A stretch of 64,000 bases of DNA, taken from NCBI GenBank assembly GCA_035536185.1, contig DATLOM010000005.1, positions 667 through 64,666 of the forward strand. Reading direction: 5' to 3'. This DNA is from Acidimicrobiales bacterium. Lineage in GTDB: Bacteria; Actinomycetota; Acidimicrobiia; Acidimicrobiales; GCA-2861595. Position numbers and translations under genes: made by a program. The notes beneath the pieces are model-generated. The model saw only the letters and a program-made list of their open reading frames with translations, was not told the origin of the DNA and searched no databases. Below are positions 51,007 through 61,550 of the stretch, piece by piece (position 1 is the stretch's first letter; every line of letters starts with the position of its first letter).

Positions 51007-51450
51007 GTGGCCCTGGAAGTGGAGCTGGTCTCCCCCGAACGCATCCTGTTCTCCGGCGAGGCCGAGATGGTCGTCTGTCGCACCTCCGACGGCGAGATCG
51101 CCTTCCTCACCGGCCACGCCCCGTTCCTCGGTGCCCTGGGCATCGGCATCGTGCGGGTCCACCAAACCGCCGGCGACGTTCTCAAAGCCGCGGTGCACGG
51201 CGGCTTCGTGCAGGTCAAGGACAACAAGGTGATCGTCCTCTCCGACGTGGCCGAGCTGCCCGACCAGATCGACGCCGCCCGGGCCCGCCAGTCCCTGGAG
51301 GACGCGCAGCGAAAGCTGTCCTCCGGCGGGGGTGCCGGCGCCGGCGAGGACGGCGAGGACGCCGAGGAGGAGGCCAACGCCCAGCTCCAGAGGGCCCAGG
51401 TCCGCCTGGAGCTGGCCGGCCAGCCCGAAGGCGCCTCCGCACGCCACTGA
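51007..51450 (+). CDS. atpC: F0F1 ATP synthase subunit epsilon
   Basis: N-terminal beta-sandwich (LEVELVSPERILFSGEA...) and a C-terminal helical region. GTG start. Confidence 0.9.
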   Translation: MALEVELVSPERILFSGEAEMVVCRTSDGEIAFLTGHAPFLGALGIGIVRVHQTAGDVLKAAVHGGFVQVKDNKVIVLSDVAELPDQIDAARARQSLEDAQRKLSSGGGAGAGEDGEDAEEEANAQLQRAQVRLELAGQPEGASARH

Positions 51451-51644
51451 CGCGACTCCCCACGGGGGATCTCTGTGCAGAAAGCGCTGTGATCCGGCTC
51501 GTGCGAAGAGGAATCACGACGCTTGCTGCACATCCGTGACCATTGGTCCCGCGAGGCCGCTGGTGCGACCCACTCAACGACTCAGCTGCGGATGGTCACC
51601 GGCCGACGAGGCGGCTGCTGCCAACCGCCAAAGTAGAGCAACAT

Positions 51645-52847
51645 ATGAACATGACCTTCACCGCAACACCTGCCGCGACCGCTGATCCGACCACTACCCG
51701 CTGGGTGGCCATGGGCCAATCGGCCGATCCCGATGCCACCAGGGCGGGTGCCGATGCGGCCCGCAAGGCCCTCCAGAACGAAGACCCGCGTCTCCTCGTG
51801 GTGTTCTGCTCCGAGTCCTACGATCTCAAGGCGCTCCTGCTGGGGATCAACGGCGAGTCGGGCGGCGTCCCCCTCATCGGCTGCTCGACCGCCGGCGAGA
51901 TCGCCACGTCGGGCCCGTCCGACGCCAGCGTGGTCGTCATCGCGCTGGGCGGCGCCGGCTTCTCGGCCGCCACCGGCTTCGGCCTGAACTCCGACGGGCT
52001 CCGTGAGGCGGCGACCGAGGCGGCCGCCTGCGCGGCGTTGACCGAGGACCGGGCCCATCGGGTTCTCCTCGTCCTGAGCGACGGTCTGGGCGGTGACCAG
52101 ATGGAGGTCGTGCGCGGGGCCTACGGCGTGGTGGGGACCGAGGTGCCGCTGGTCGGCGGCTGCGCCGGCGACGACCTCAAGATGAAGGGCACCTACCAGC
52201 TCGTGGGTGACCAGGTCCTGCAGGGAGCGGTGGTATGTGCTGCCCTCGGTTCGGACGCGCCCATGGGCATCGGTGTCCAGCACGGCTGGCGGAAGGTGGG
52301 CGAGCCGATGGTGGTCACCTCGAGCGGCTCCAACCGGGTGCACACCCTCGACGACCAGCCCGCCCTCGACGTCTACCTCCAGCGCCTCGATGCTCCTGCG
52401 GAGGCCGGCACGGATCACGCCGCTTTCACCCGCTTCGCCCTCACCCACCCCTTGGGCCTCAGCCGGCGCAGTGGGGAAGAGGTCCGCTTCGTCGCCGACG
52501 CCAACTTCGAAGATCGCTCCATCGGCTGCATCGCCGAAGTGCCCCAGGGCGGGCTGGCGTGGATGATGGAGGGAGACGACGACTCCGTGCTGGCGGCCAC
52601 CGATGTGGCCTGCAACGACGCTCTCGCCGCCCTCGGTGGCGACCCGCCCCTCGGGCTCGTGGCCTTCGACTGCATCGCCCGGCGCGGCGTCCTGGGTGAC
52701 GAGGGGATCAACCGCGAGGTCGACCGGATAGCCACCCACGCCGGCGGTGCTCCTGTCGCCGGGTTCTACACCTACGGCGAGATCGCCCGGACCAGGGGCA
52801 TGAGCGGGTTCCACAACCAGACCCTCGTCGTGCTGGCCCTCGGTTGA
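51645..52847 (+). CDS. FIST-domain (FIST_N + FIST_C) sensory protein
   Basis: LVVFCSESYD...PLIGCSTAGEI...GCAGDD...GFYTYGEI is typical of FIST proteins. The ATG at 51645 was chosen. Confidence 0.8.
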   Translation: MNMTFTATPAATADPTTTRWVAMGQSADPDATRAGADAARKALQNEDPRLLVVFCSESYDLKALLLGINGESGGVPLIGCSTAGEIATSGPSDASVVVIALGGAGFSAATGFGLNSDGLREAATEAAACAALTEDRAHRVLLVLSDGLGGDQMEVVRGAYGVVGTEVPLVGGCAGDDLKMKGTYQLVGDQVLQGAVVCAALGSDAPMGIGVQHGWRKVGEPMVVTSSGSNRVHTLDDQPALDVYLQRLDAPAEAGTDHAAFTRFALTHPLGLSRRSGEEVRFVADANFEDRSIGCIAEVPQGGLAWMMEGDDDSVLAATDVACNDALAALGGDPPLGLVAFDCIARRGVLGDEGINREVDRIATHAGGAPVAGFYTYGEIARTRGMSGFHNQTLVVLALG

Positions 52848-52861
52848 TCTGGTTGGTCTGA

Positions 52862-55411
52862 ATGGCTCTGTCGGCCGCCGGCGCGGCAGCTCAGCAGCTG
52901 GCCGAGGTCCTGGCCGTCCTGGCCTCGTCGCAGGGCGAGGACACTGCTGCGCAGCGGGGGATAGAGCGCATCGCCGAGTGCTTCGAGGCCGAGGCCGCCG
53001 CCCTCGTTCGTGGGGGAGGCGTTGCCGCCGTCATCGGCTTTGCCCTCGGCCGGGTGCCCGAGGCGGAGCTGCTGGAAGCGGCCGCGGGCAAGCGCCAGAA
53101 CCTGGAGCTGCCGGGGGCGGGCACCGGTGCGGTGGTCACCGTTCCCGTGGAGAGAGAGACGGGCACGTCCATCGTCCTGGTGCGTTCCGGCGACGAGGGC
53201 TTCGATCCCGAGGAGCTCAGCTTGCTGCGGGGGATGGCGAAGGTGCTGGCGCTGGCCCTGCGGATGCAGCGCACGGTCGACACTCTCCAGCAGAGCGAGG
53301 AGCACTCACGGGCGATCCTGCAGTTCGCCGACGACGCCTTCATCTCCATGGACGCGTCCGGTTGTGTTACGGCGTGGAACGAGAAGGCGATAAAGACCTT
53401 CGGGTGGTCCGAGAGCGAGGCCATCGGTCGTGAGCTGGCCGATCTGATCGTTCCCCCCCGGTACCGCCAGGCCCACCGCGAAGGCCTGGCTCGTTTCCTC
53501 GTCACGGGCGAGGGCGCGGTCCTCAACCAGCGGATCGAGATCGAGGGGTCACGCGCGGACGGCATCGAGATCCCCGTCGAGCTGGCCATCTGGCCGGTCT
53601 CCTCGAAGGGGGTCTGGACCTTCAACGCCTTCGTGCGCGACATCTCCGAGCGGCGGCGGGCCGCGGAGGCCCTGGAACGACTGGCGACCGAGCTGCGCCT
53701 CCTGCTCGAGTCTGCCGCCGAGGGCATCTGGGGCGTCGACATCGACGGGAACTTCACGTTCGTGAACAGCGCGGCGGCGCAGATGCTGGGGTGGGCGCCG
53801 GAGGAGCTCATCGGGAAGAACTCCCATCTCACCGTCCACCACAGCCGCCCCGACGGCACGCCCTACCCGATCGAGGACTGCCCGACCTACCAGTCGTTCA
53901 GGACAGGTGAGGGTCACCGGCTCGACGGTGAGGTCCTGTGGCGGCGGGACGGCACGCCGTTCCCCACCTCCTACGCCTCGTTCCCGCTCCAGCGAGACGG
54001 TGTGCTCGAGGGTGCGGTCATCACCTGCTCCGACATCACCGACAGGCAGAGGGCGGCCGACGCCCTGCGCGAGGCCAACCTCCGCCTCCAGGAGCTGGCC
54101 AGCACCGACGCGCTCACGGGATTGCCCAACCGGGCTCTGTTCTCGGATCGGCTGGATCAGGCCCTCGCCCTGGCTCGGCGGGTGCACAACGAGGTGGCGG
54201 TGCTGTTCATGGACCTCGACCGGTTCAAGCACGTCAACGACAGTCTCGGCCACCACGCCGGCGACGAGCTGCTGCTCGAAGTGTCCCGACGCCTGAGCGC
54301 CGCCGTTCGGGACAGTGACACCGTGGCCCGCTTCGGCGGCGACGAGTTCGCCGTCCTGCTCGGGGGCAGCACGTCCCCCGAGGAGGCGGCCGCCGCGGCC
54401 GAACGCATCCTGGAGTCGTTCCGGGCACCGTTCCTCATCGGCGGCATGGAGTTCTTCGTCAGTGCCAGCGTCGGCGTCGCCCTGTGGCCGGAGGACTGCA
54501 GCTCCAAGGTGGAGCTGCTGCAGCACGCCGACGTCGCCATGTACCGGGCCAAGGCGGCGGGTGGCAACAGCTTCGAGATGTTCCAGCCGGCCATGACGGT
54601 GGCCGCTCGCGACCGCCTCACGATGGAGAATGAGCTGCGCCGGGCCCTCGAGGAGAACCAGCTCTTCCTGCGTTACCACCCGCAGGTCGACCTGGCCAGC
54701 GGGAAGGTGGTGGGGGTGGAAGCTCTGGTGCGGTGGCAGCATCCCACCCGCGGCGAGGTGATGCCGGTCGACTTCATCCCGGTGGCCGAGGACAGCGGCC
54801 TCATCGTGCCCATGGGGGCGTGGGTGCTGGCCGAGGCCTGCCGCCAGGCCGTGCGGTGGCGAACCGAGCTGGCCCACCGGGCACCGCTGCGGATGGGTGT
54901 GAACGTGTCCCCGCGCCAGCTGACCGATCCGGGATTTGCGGAGCAGGTCACCGATCTGCTGCTGGAATCGGGTCTTCCCGTCAGGCAGCTCGAGTTGGAG
55001 GTGACCGAGAGCACCCTGATCACCGACGCCAGCCCTGCTCTGGCGACCCTGAAGGTGCTCCGCCATCGAGGCATCAGCGTGGCCATCGACGACTTCGGCA
55101 GCGGGTACTCCTCTCTCGGGCACCTGCGCCGTTTTCCGGTCGACCGCCTGAAGCTCGACATGTCCTTCATCGCCGGCCTCGGTCGCACCGGCGGCGAGGT
55201 GGGACGCCAGAACCACACCGCCCTGGTGGCCGCCGCCGTGGACCTGGCCCACGCCCTGGGCATCTCGGCCCTGGCCGAGGGGGTGGAGACCGAGGAGCAG
55301 CGTCTCGCCCTGGTGGCCATAGGCGCCGAGGAGGCGCAGGGGTACCTGTGGACCCGCCCGCTGCGCAGCGCCGACCTCCCCGACTGGCTGTCTCGTCACC
55401 CCCTTGCCTGA
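52862..55411 (+). CDS. GAF-like/PAS/PAS-GGDEF-EAL signalling protein (c-di-GMP turnover)
   Basis: Two PAS domains, GGDEF (RFGGDEFAVLL) and EAL (VEALVRW, DDFGSGYSSL, EGVETEEQ). Confidence 0.9.
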   Translation: MALSAAGAAAQQLAEVLAVLASSQGEDTAAQRGIERIAECFEAEAAALVRGGGVAAVIGFALGRVPEAELLEAAAGKRQNLELPGAGTGAVVTVPVERETGTSIVLVRSGDEGFDPEELSLLRGMAKVLALALRMQRTVDTLQQSEEHSRAILQFADDAFISMDASGCVTAWNEKAIKTFGWSESEAIGRELADLIVPPRYRQAHREGLARFLVTGEGAVLNQRIEIEGSRADGIEIPVELAIWPVSSKGVWTFNAFVRDISERRRAAEALERLATELRLLLESAAEGIWGVDIDGNFTFVNSAAAQMLGWAPEELIGKNSHLTVHHSRPDGTPYPIEDCPTYQSFRTGEGHRLDGEVLWRRDGTPFPTSYASFPLQRDGVLEGAVITCSDITDRQRAADALREANLRLQELASTDALTGLPNRALFSDRLDQALALARRVHNEVAVLFMDLDRFKHVNDSLGHHAGDELLLEVSRRLSAAVRDSDTVARFGGDEFAVLLGGSTSPEEAAAAAERILESFRAPFLIGGMEFFVSASVGVALWPEDCSSKVELLQHADVAMYRAKAAGGNSFEMFQPAMTVAARDRLTMENELRRALEENQLFLRYHPQVDLASGKVVGVEALVRWQHPTRGEVMPVDFIPVAEDSGLIVPMGAWVLAEACRQAVRWRTELAHRAPLRMGVNVSPRQLTDPGFAEQVTDLLLESGLPVRQLELEVTESTLITDASPALATLKVLRHRGISVAIDDFGSGYSSLGHLRRFPVDRLKLDMSFIAGLGRTGGEVGRQNHTALVAAAVDLAHALGISALAEGVETEEQRLALVAIGAEEAQGYLWTRPLRSADLPDWLSRHPLA

Positions 55412-55445
55412 CCGCCGGTCCCACCGGCGCCCGTAGTCTCGGTCG

Positions 55446-56189
55446 GTGCTCGGCCTGCCGACCTCCATCCGTGGCTGCCTGTTCGACCTCGATGGAGTCC
55501 TCACCCAGACGGCCACCGTGCACGCGGCAGCGTGGAAGGAGATGTTCGACGCTTTCCTCCGGGACCACGCCGACGCCACCGGGAAGCCGTTCGTCCCCTT
55601 CGACCCCGTCCGGGAGTACGGCGCCTACGTGGACGGCATGCCCCGCGCCGACGGGGTGCGGACCTTTCTCGCCTCCCGGGGGATCAGCCTGCCCGAGGGG
55701 TCGCCGGACGACCCGCCCGAGGCCGAGACCGTCGCCGGCCTGGGCAACCGGAAGAACGAGCTGGTGCTGCGCCTGATAGAGGAACGCGGCGTGACCGTCT
55801 TCGAAGGCTCGGTGCGCTACGTGGAGGCCGTCAGGGCGGCCGGCCTTTCCAGCGCGGTGGTGTCCTCCAGCGCCAACACCCTGGCCATCCTGCAGGCTGC
55901 GGGGCTGACGGGGTTGTTCGACGTTCGCGTCGACGGTGTCGTCGCCGCCGAGCGGGGGCTGCCGGGAAAACCCCGCCCCGACACCTTCCTCGCCGCCGCC
56001 GAGGAGCTGGGCCTGGAACCGGACGCGGCTGCGGTGTTCGAGGACGCCCTCGCCGGCGTGGAGGCCGGCGTGGCTGGCCGCTTCGGGTTCGTGGTTGGGG
56101 TGGACCGCATCGACCAGGCGGCGGCGCTGAAGGCGCGCGGTGCCGACGTCGTGGTGTGCGACCTGGCCGAGCTGCTGGAGGAGGGATGA
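55446..56189 (+). CDS. Beta-phosphoglucomutase-family HAD hydrolase
   Basis: DLDGVLT nucleophile motif and the [11 protein letters not shown] motif. Confidence 0.85.
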   Translation: MLGLPTSIRGCLFDLDGVLTQTATVHAAAWKEMFDAFLRDHADATGKPFVPFDPVREYGAYVDGMPRADGVRTFLASRGISLPEGSPDDPPEAETVAGLGNRKNELVLRLIEERGVTVFEGSVRYVEAVRAAGLSSAVVSSSANTLAILQAAGLTGLFDVRVDGVVAAERGLPGKPRPDTFLAAAEELGLEPDAAAVFEDALAGVEAGVAGRFGFVVGVDRIDQAAALKARGADVVVCDLAELLEEG

Positions 56190-58549
56190 ACGGGCCCCCG
56201 CGGTTCGAGCCCGAGCCGTGGTGCGTGCGGGAGACCGGCCTGGACTTCGCCAACCTGGCCCAGAGCGAGTCGGTCTTCGCGCTGGCCAACGGCCATCTCG
56301 GGCTGCGTGGCAACCTCGACGAGGGTGAGCCCTACGGCCTGCCCGGCACCTACCTGAACGGGCTGTACGAGCTTCGCCCGTTGCCCTACGCCGAAGCCGG
56401 CTATGGGTACCCCGAGTCCGGCCAGGCCATCGTCAACGTCACCGACGGGAAGCTCCTGCGGCTCCTTCTCGACGACGAGCCCTTCGACGTCCGCTACGGC
56501 AAGCTCCGCTCCCACGAGCGGGTGCTCGACATGCGGGCCGGCACGTTGACACGTGAAGTCGAGTGGGTGTCGCCGGCCGGTCAGGCGGCACGGATCCGCT
56601 CCGTCCGCCTCGTCTCGTTCACCCAACGTGCCGTGGCCGCCATCAGCTACGAGGTCGAGGCCGTCGACGACGCCGCCCGGGTGGTGGTGCAGTCGGAGCT
56701 GGTCGCCAACGAGCCGATGCCCGTCTCGGAGCAGGACCCGCGGGCGGCGGCGGTGCTCGAGTCGCCGCTGGTGTCGGAGGACCATGGCTCCCACGGCCCT
56801 TTCGGCGTGGAGCTCGTCCACCACATGAGGGCCAGCGGCCTCCGCCTCGCCGCGGCCATGGACCATCTGGTGGAGGGCCCTCCCGGAACGGTGGCCAACG
56901 CCGAGTCGGCGCCGGACACCGGCCGGGTCACGGTGACGACGGTGCTCGAGCCGGGCCAGCGCCTCCGCATCGTCAAGCTGCTCGGTTACGGGTGGTCGAG
57001 CCTGCGCTCCAGGAGGGCCCTGCGTGACCAGGTGGTGGCCGCCCTCACGGCGGCCCGCCACTCCGGTTGGGACGGTCTCCTCGAGGAGCAGCGTCAGTAC
57101 CTGCAAGCCTTCTGGGACCGTGCCGGCGTGGACGTCGAGGGTGACCCCGAGATCGAGCAGGCCCTGCGCTTCGCCCTGTTCCAGGTGCTGCAGGCCGGCG
57201 CCCGGGCCGAGGGACGGGCCATCCCGGCCAAGGGCCTCACAGGTACCGGCTACGACGGCCACGCCTTCTGGGACAGCGAGACGTTCGTGCTCCCGGTGCT
57301 CATGCACAGCTTTCCCAAAGCGGCGGCCGACGCCCTGCGCTGGCGCCACTCGACGCTGCCGGTGGCGAGGGATCGGGCCCGCACCCTCGGCTTCCGGGGC
57401 GCGGCGTTCCCCTGGCGGACCATCGCCGGCGAGGAGTGCTCCGGCTACTGGCCGGCGGGCACAGCCGCCTTCCACGTCAGCGCCGACGTGGCCGATGCCG
57501 TGGTGCGCTACGTGGACGCCACCGGCGACGAGCAGTTCGAGAGCGAGTGCGGCGTGGAGATCCTCGTGGAGACGGCCCGCCTGTGGCGCTCCCTCGGGCA
57601 CCATGACGCCCGGGGGAGGTTCCGCATACCGGGGGTGACCGGCCCCGACGAGTACAGCGCCCTCGCCGACGACAACGTCTACACCAACCTCATGGCCCAA
57701 CAGAACCTGGCCGCCGCGGCCGACGCCACCCAGCGCCATCCCGACGCGGCGGCAGCCCTGGGGGTGAAGCCGGACGAGGTGGACGCCTGGACCGCCGCGG
57801 CGACCGCCATGTTCGTTCCCTACGACGAGGCTCTCGGCGTGCACCCCCAGGCCAGCGGCTTCACCGGCCACGACGTGTGGGACTTCGCCTCGACGAGGGA
57901 AGACCAGTACCCGCTGTTCCTCCACTTCCCGTACTTCGACCTGTACCGCAAGCAGGTCGTGAAGCAGGCCGACCTGGTGCTGGCCATGCACCTCCGGGGG
58001 GACGCCTTCACCGACGAGCAGAAGGCCCGCAACTTCGCCTACTACGAGCCGCTGACGGTCCGGGACTCCTCGCTGTCGGCGGCCACCCAGGCGGTGCTGG
58101 CGGCCGAGACGGGCCACGTGGAGCTGGCCTACGAGTACCTGCACGAATCGGTCCTGGTCGACCTGCACGATCTCCACGACAACACGGGCAACGGGCTCCA
58201 CCTGGCCGCCCTGGCCGGGGGATGGTCGGCCCTGGTCGCCGGGTTCGGCGGGTTCCGGGCCCGCAACGGGGCGCTGGCCTTCGCTCCCCGCCTCCCCGCC
58301 GCCATCTCGCGCCTCACCTTCCACCTCCAGTACCGGGCCCGGTGCCTGCGGGTGTCGGTGACGCCGGCTGAGGCGACGTACGTACTGCGTTCAGGGGAAC
58401 CGATCGAGCTGACCCACCATGGCGAGCCCCTGACCGTCGGCACCGATCAGCCCGTCAGCCGCCCAGTCCCTTCGATCCCCGCCGTGCCCCCGCCGGCCCA
58501 TCCCCCGGGCCGCGATCCGGCCCGCCACCACCTCACCGGCGACGAGTAG
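56186..58549 (+). CDS. Glycoside hydrolase family 65 disaccharide phosphorylase (trehalose/maltose/kojibiose type)
   Basis: ATGA overlap with the beta-PGM gene. [13 protein letters not shown] and [16 protein letters not shown] are typical of GH65. Confidence 0.85.
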   Translation: MNGPPRFEPEPWCVRETGLDFANLAQSESVFALANGHLGLRGNLDEGEPYGLPGTYLNGLYELRPLPYAEAGYGYPESGQAIVNVTDGKLLRLLLDDEPFDVRYGKLRSHERVLDMRAGTLTREVEWVSPAGQAARIRSVRLVSFTQRAVAAISYEVEAVDDAARVVVQSELVANEPMPVSEQDPRAAAVLESPLVSEDHGSHGPFGVELVHHMRASGLRLAAAMDHLVEGPPGTVANAESAPDTGRVTVTTVLEPGQRLRIVKLLGYGWSSLRSRRALRDQVVAALTAARHSGWDGLLEEQRQYLQAFWDRAGVDVEGDPEIEQALRFALFQVLQAGARAEGRAIPAKGLTGTGYDGHAFWDSETFVLPVLMHSFPKAAADALRWRHSTLPVARDRARTLGFRGAAFPWRTIAGEECSGYWPAGTAAFHVSADVADAVVRYVDATGDEQFESECGVEILVETARLWRSLGHHDARGRFRIPGVTGPDEYSALADDNVYTNLMAQQNLAAAADATQRHPDAAAALGVKPDEVDAWTAAATAMFVPYDEALGVHPQASGFTGHDVWDFASTREDQYPLFLHFPYFDLYRKQVVKQADLVLAMHLRGDAFTDEQKARNFAYYEPLTVRDSSLSAATQAVLAAETGHVELAYEYLHESVLVDLHDLHDNTGNGLHLAALAGGWSALVAGFGGFRARNGALAFAPRLPAAISRLTFHLQYRARCLRVSVTPAEATYVLRSGEPIELTHHGEPLTVGTDQPVSRPVPSIPAVPPPAHPPGRDPARHHLTGDE

Positions 58550-58647
58550 CACCCGCGTCCACACCCCCGCCCCCGGGAATCCACAGCCTTTACCCCCTTG
58601 CGCTCCACAGGGCTCAGGGCAGAAGGTATGGGGGAGGAGGCGATTCG

Positions 58648-58830
58648 ATGGACGTTCACTCGAAGGCAGTAGCCGAGGAGCTGCGGCGGCGGCGCCTGGG
58701 CCGCCCGGAGCTGATCAGCTCGCTGGAGGATTCCACCCGCTCCACCTGGCTTCCCGGAGACATCGAGAAGGTGCCGTCGTCGTTGCTGGTGCTCGCCGCG
58801 GTGTCCCTGGCCCGACCACCGGACGCCTGA
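58648..58830 (+). CDS. Possible small protein (60 aa), degenerate HTH-like
   Basis: Good Shine-Dalgarno sequence (GGAGGAGG, 7 nt upstream of the ATG). Otherwise unsupported. Confidence 0.3.
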   Translation: MDVHSKAVAEELRRRRLGRPELISSLEDSTRSTWLPGDIEKVPSSLLVLAAVSLARPPDA

Positions 58831-58863
58831 GAGCAGGCCGGTCCGGCCGGTCCTGGGGCCGAC

Positions 58864-59042
58864 GGGTCAGTGGGTGTGGCTGCGTCCACCTCGGCACCCA
58901 GCGCCCGCCACACGGGCTGCACGTTGGCATGCCTCTCGTCGGGGACGACGGGGATCGACAGGGTCAGTGGGTGTGGCTGCCCTCCACCTCGCCACCCAGC
59001 GCCCGCCACACGGCCTGCACGTTGACATGCGTCTCGTCGGGC
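58864..59042. repeat. About 80-bp direct duplication (offset 97 bp) of the DUF2795 gene's 3' end
   Basis: gggtcagtgggtgtggctgc...cccagcgcccgccacacgg.ctgcacgtt occurs at 58864-58943 and at 58961-59042. The second copy contains the real stop codon. Confidence 0.85.
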
Positions 59043-59365
59043 GGCAGTGAGCGCAGGGCGTCCAGGACGGACTGCGGAGCGTGCTCGGCCTCGGCGTGGA
59101 ACAGGAGGTCGTCGCTGCGGGCCGGGAAGGCGGCGCCGGCCAGGTGCCTGGCCAGTTCGGCCCGCTGGTCCGCGGCCGGCGCGCTGACGCCGATGCCGAC
59201 CCTCTCCTCGGCCCTGGCTGAACGCCCCGGGCCGACCTCGGGATCCTCCTGCAGGCGGTCCTCCCGTGCCCGCGACTCCTCCGGCGCGCCTCTCAGCATC
59301 GACTCCAGGTCGTGGCTCATGGCGTCGTCGATCCTCGGGCTGTGCTTGTCGGTCTCTCGTTCCAT
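58964..59365 (-). CDS. DUF2795-domain protein
   Basis: The start MERETDKHSPRIDD... and the C-terminal FPARSDDLLFHAEAEHAPQSVLDALRSLP fit DUF2795 proteins. The longer listed ORF was rejected. Confidence 0.75.
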   Translation of the reverse strand: MERETDKHSPRIDDAMSHDLESMLRGAPEESRAREDRLQEDPEVGPGRSARAEERVGIGVSAPAADQRAELARHLAGAAFPARSDDLLFHAEAEHAPQSVLDALRSLPPDETHVNVQAVWRALGGEVEGSHTH

Positions 59366-59419
59366 GGCCGACGTTGTGCCCGCCGGCGCGGGACACGAAC
59401 CGCGCGCGATGGTGCGGGC

Positions 59420-59938
59420 ATGGCCAAGAGCCGCCTCGGAGTCGCCCTCCTCCTTCCCGCTGACATCGCCGCCGAGGTCGACGGCCTCCGGCGCGGCCTC
59501 GGGGACGGCGCCCTCGACCGGATTCCTCCCCACATAACCCTCGTCCCGCCGGTCAACGTGAGGGAGGAGCGGGTGGACGAGGCGTTCGCCGTGCTCCGCC
59601 GGGCGGCCGGGACGACACCTCCCCTTCGCCTCACGCTGGGGCCGCCGGCCACCTTCCTTCCCGACAACCCGGTGGTGTACCTGCCGGTCACGGGCGACAT
59701 CGAGGCGCTCCGGGCCCTCCGCGACGCCGTGTTCGTGGAGCCCCTCGCCCGGTCCCTCACCTGGCCGTGGGTGCCCCACGTCACCCTCGCCGACGAGGCC
59801 GCTCCCGAGCGCATCGCCGCCGCCCTCACCGCCCTGAACGACTACGTGGTCGACGCCACCTTCGACGGCGTGCACCTCCTGCGGGAGAACCCCGGCCGAG
59901 TCTGGGAGCCGATGGCCAACGCCCTCTTCGCCCGCTGA
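59420..59938 (+). CDS. 2H phosphoesterase / 2'-5' RNA ligase (LigT)-family protein
   Basis: Two HxT motifs are present (PPHITLV and VPHVTLA). Confidence 0.8.
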   Translation: MAKSRLGVALLLPADIAAEVDGLRRGLGDGALDRIPPHITLVPPVNVREERVDEAFAVLRRAAGTTPPLRLTLGPPATFLPDNPVVYLPVTGDIEALRALRDAVFVEPLARSLTWPWVPHVTLADEAAPERIAAALTALNDYVVDATFDGVHLLRENPGRVWEPMANALFAR

Positions 59939-60904
59939 TCCATCTTTGTCACCGAAGGGACGCCAGGAGCCGCGCAGGGCACCCGGTTTGGCTATGCGCC
60001 CGTTTCGCGTCGACCTAGAGCTTTATGGAGCTGAGCTCACCGTCCTTGGAGATTCGCCGGTTGCTCTACCGCTGAGAAATCGGGCCGACGCCAGTCAAGA
60101 GAAACGTGCCCCGCTTCCTCTGAAGCGGCCTGATCGGCGGCGTCCGCCGGGAGCAAAACACCACTGCAGCGGGTCGACGACTGCTGCACGTGCGACTCCG
60201 GTGGATGCTCCTCGCGGCCGCCATCCCCGGTCTGCTCCATCCGCGCTGAGCGCCGGTTACCGGCCGCCGGTCCGGTCGGAGTCGGGCTGAGGACAACACC
60301 CGACGTCCCGCGGCCATAGGTGCCTATCCCGGCGTCGGCTCCCGACGAGTGGGAGCCCGCCACGGCGCGGGAGGCGAATGGACAACGTTTAGGCGCTCCG
60401 GGAGGTGGGTGGTGCCGGCCCGGCGCGGTACTTGGGATGGCGCCAGTCGTCGGGCGGAACCATCTCCCGTTTGCCCTTGCCCTCGACGAGGGACCACTTC
60501 TTGTAGGTCTTGAGGTGGTGGTGGTGGCGACAGAGCCCGTCGAGCAGGCTGAGCAGCGTGATCTTGATCTCGGCCCAGTCCTCCCGATGGTCGATCTCCA
60601 AGCGCACGGCCCGGTTGCAGCCCATCACCGTGCAGGTGGGGTTCAGCCACTCGAGCGCGGTGCGCTGCAAGGAGCTGGGACGCCGTCCCACATGGGCGAC
60701 GTTGACCACGTCGGCGCCCTTGGTGACCACCGCGCCGAGGAACACGTCGCCCGACCCGATCATGGCCTGGACCACCGATACCGGCACCGGACCGAGGCCG
60801 GCGATCTCACAGACCTCGTCGTCTATGGGCCAGCCCGTACCAGCGTCTCCCAGTCGATACGCACTATGACCTTTGCCGGCCGCACCGGCGGCGCCATCGG
60901 GTCA

Positions 60905-61040
60905 TCGGTCACCGGCTCCTCTGAACCATCAGTGTCCAGGTCCGAAGAGCCCCCGCTCACCGGCTCCGAATCGCCATTGTCCGAGTGCGGAGAGCCCCCG
61001 CTCACCGGCCCTGAACCGCCAGTGTCCGAGTGCGGTGAAC
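60905..61040. repeat. Intragenic 45-bp tandem repeat (about 3 copies, 15-aa units SGGSPHSDxGxSxPV)
   Basis: The period was measured between gagcccccgctcaccgg at 60947 and at 60992. Confidence 0.8.
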
Positions 61041-61250
61041 CCCCGGGCACCGGGCCCTGTCCCTCAGGGGCCCCCTCCCCACCGGGTCCCTCCCGCCTGA
61101 CGGCGGGCCCCTCCCGGCGAGGCCCCTCCCGTACGGGCCACCCGGTGATCTCGCCGTCGGCGGCTGCACCAGCTTCGGCAGCCGGGCGCGGTGTTGAGGG
61201 AGTGGCCGAGCCGTCCCTCCGGCCAGTGCTCCGGCCGACTGTAGATCCCC

Positions 61251-61550
61251 TAGGTGGCTCAGAGGTCCCGCCCGTGCTCGGCGGGCCGCCCGCGGGTCCC
61301 GTAGGTGGCTCAGAGGTCCCGCCCGTGCTCGTCGGGCCGCCCGCGGGTCCCGTAGGTCGCTCAGAGGTCCCGCCCGTGCTCGTCGGGCCGCCCGCGGGTC
61401 CACTAGCTGGATCGGAAGCCCCGCCCGTGCTCGGGCCGCCCCTGGCTTCCGTAGCTGGCCCAGAAGTCCCGCCCGTACTCGTCGGACCGCCCGTGGATCC
61501 ACTGGCTGGATCGGAAGCCCCGCCACCGCTGGCTCCACCGGGGGTCCCAA
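61251..61550. repeat. Intragenic 51-bp tandem repeat (3 near-perfect plus about 3 degenerate copies, 17-aa units GPAGGPTSTGGTSEPPT)
   Basis: Units at 61251-61301, 61302-61352 and 61353-61403 are almost identical. Later units are diverged. Confidence 0.85.
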
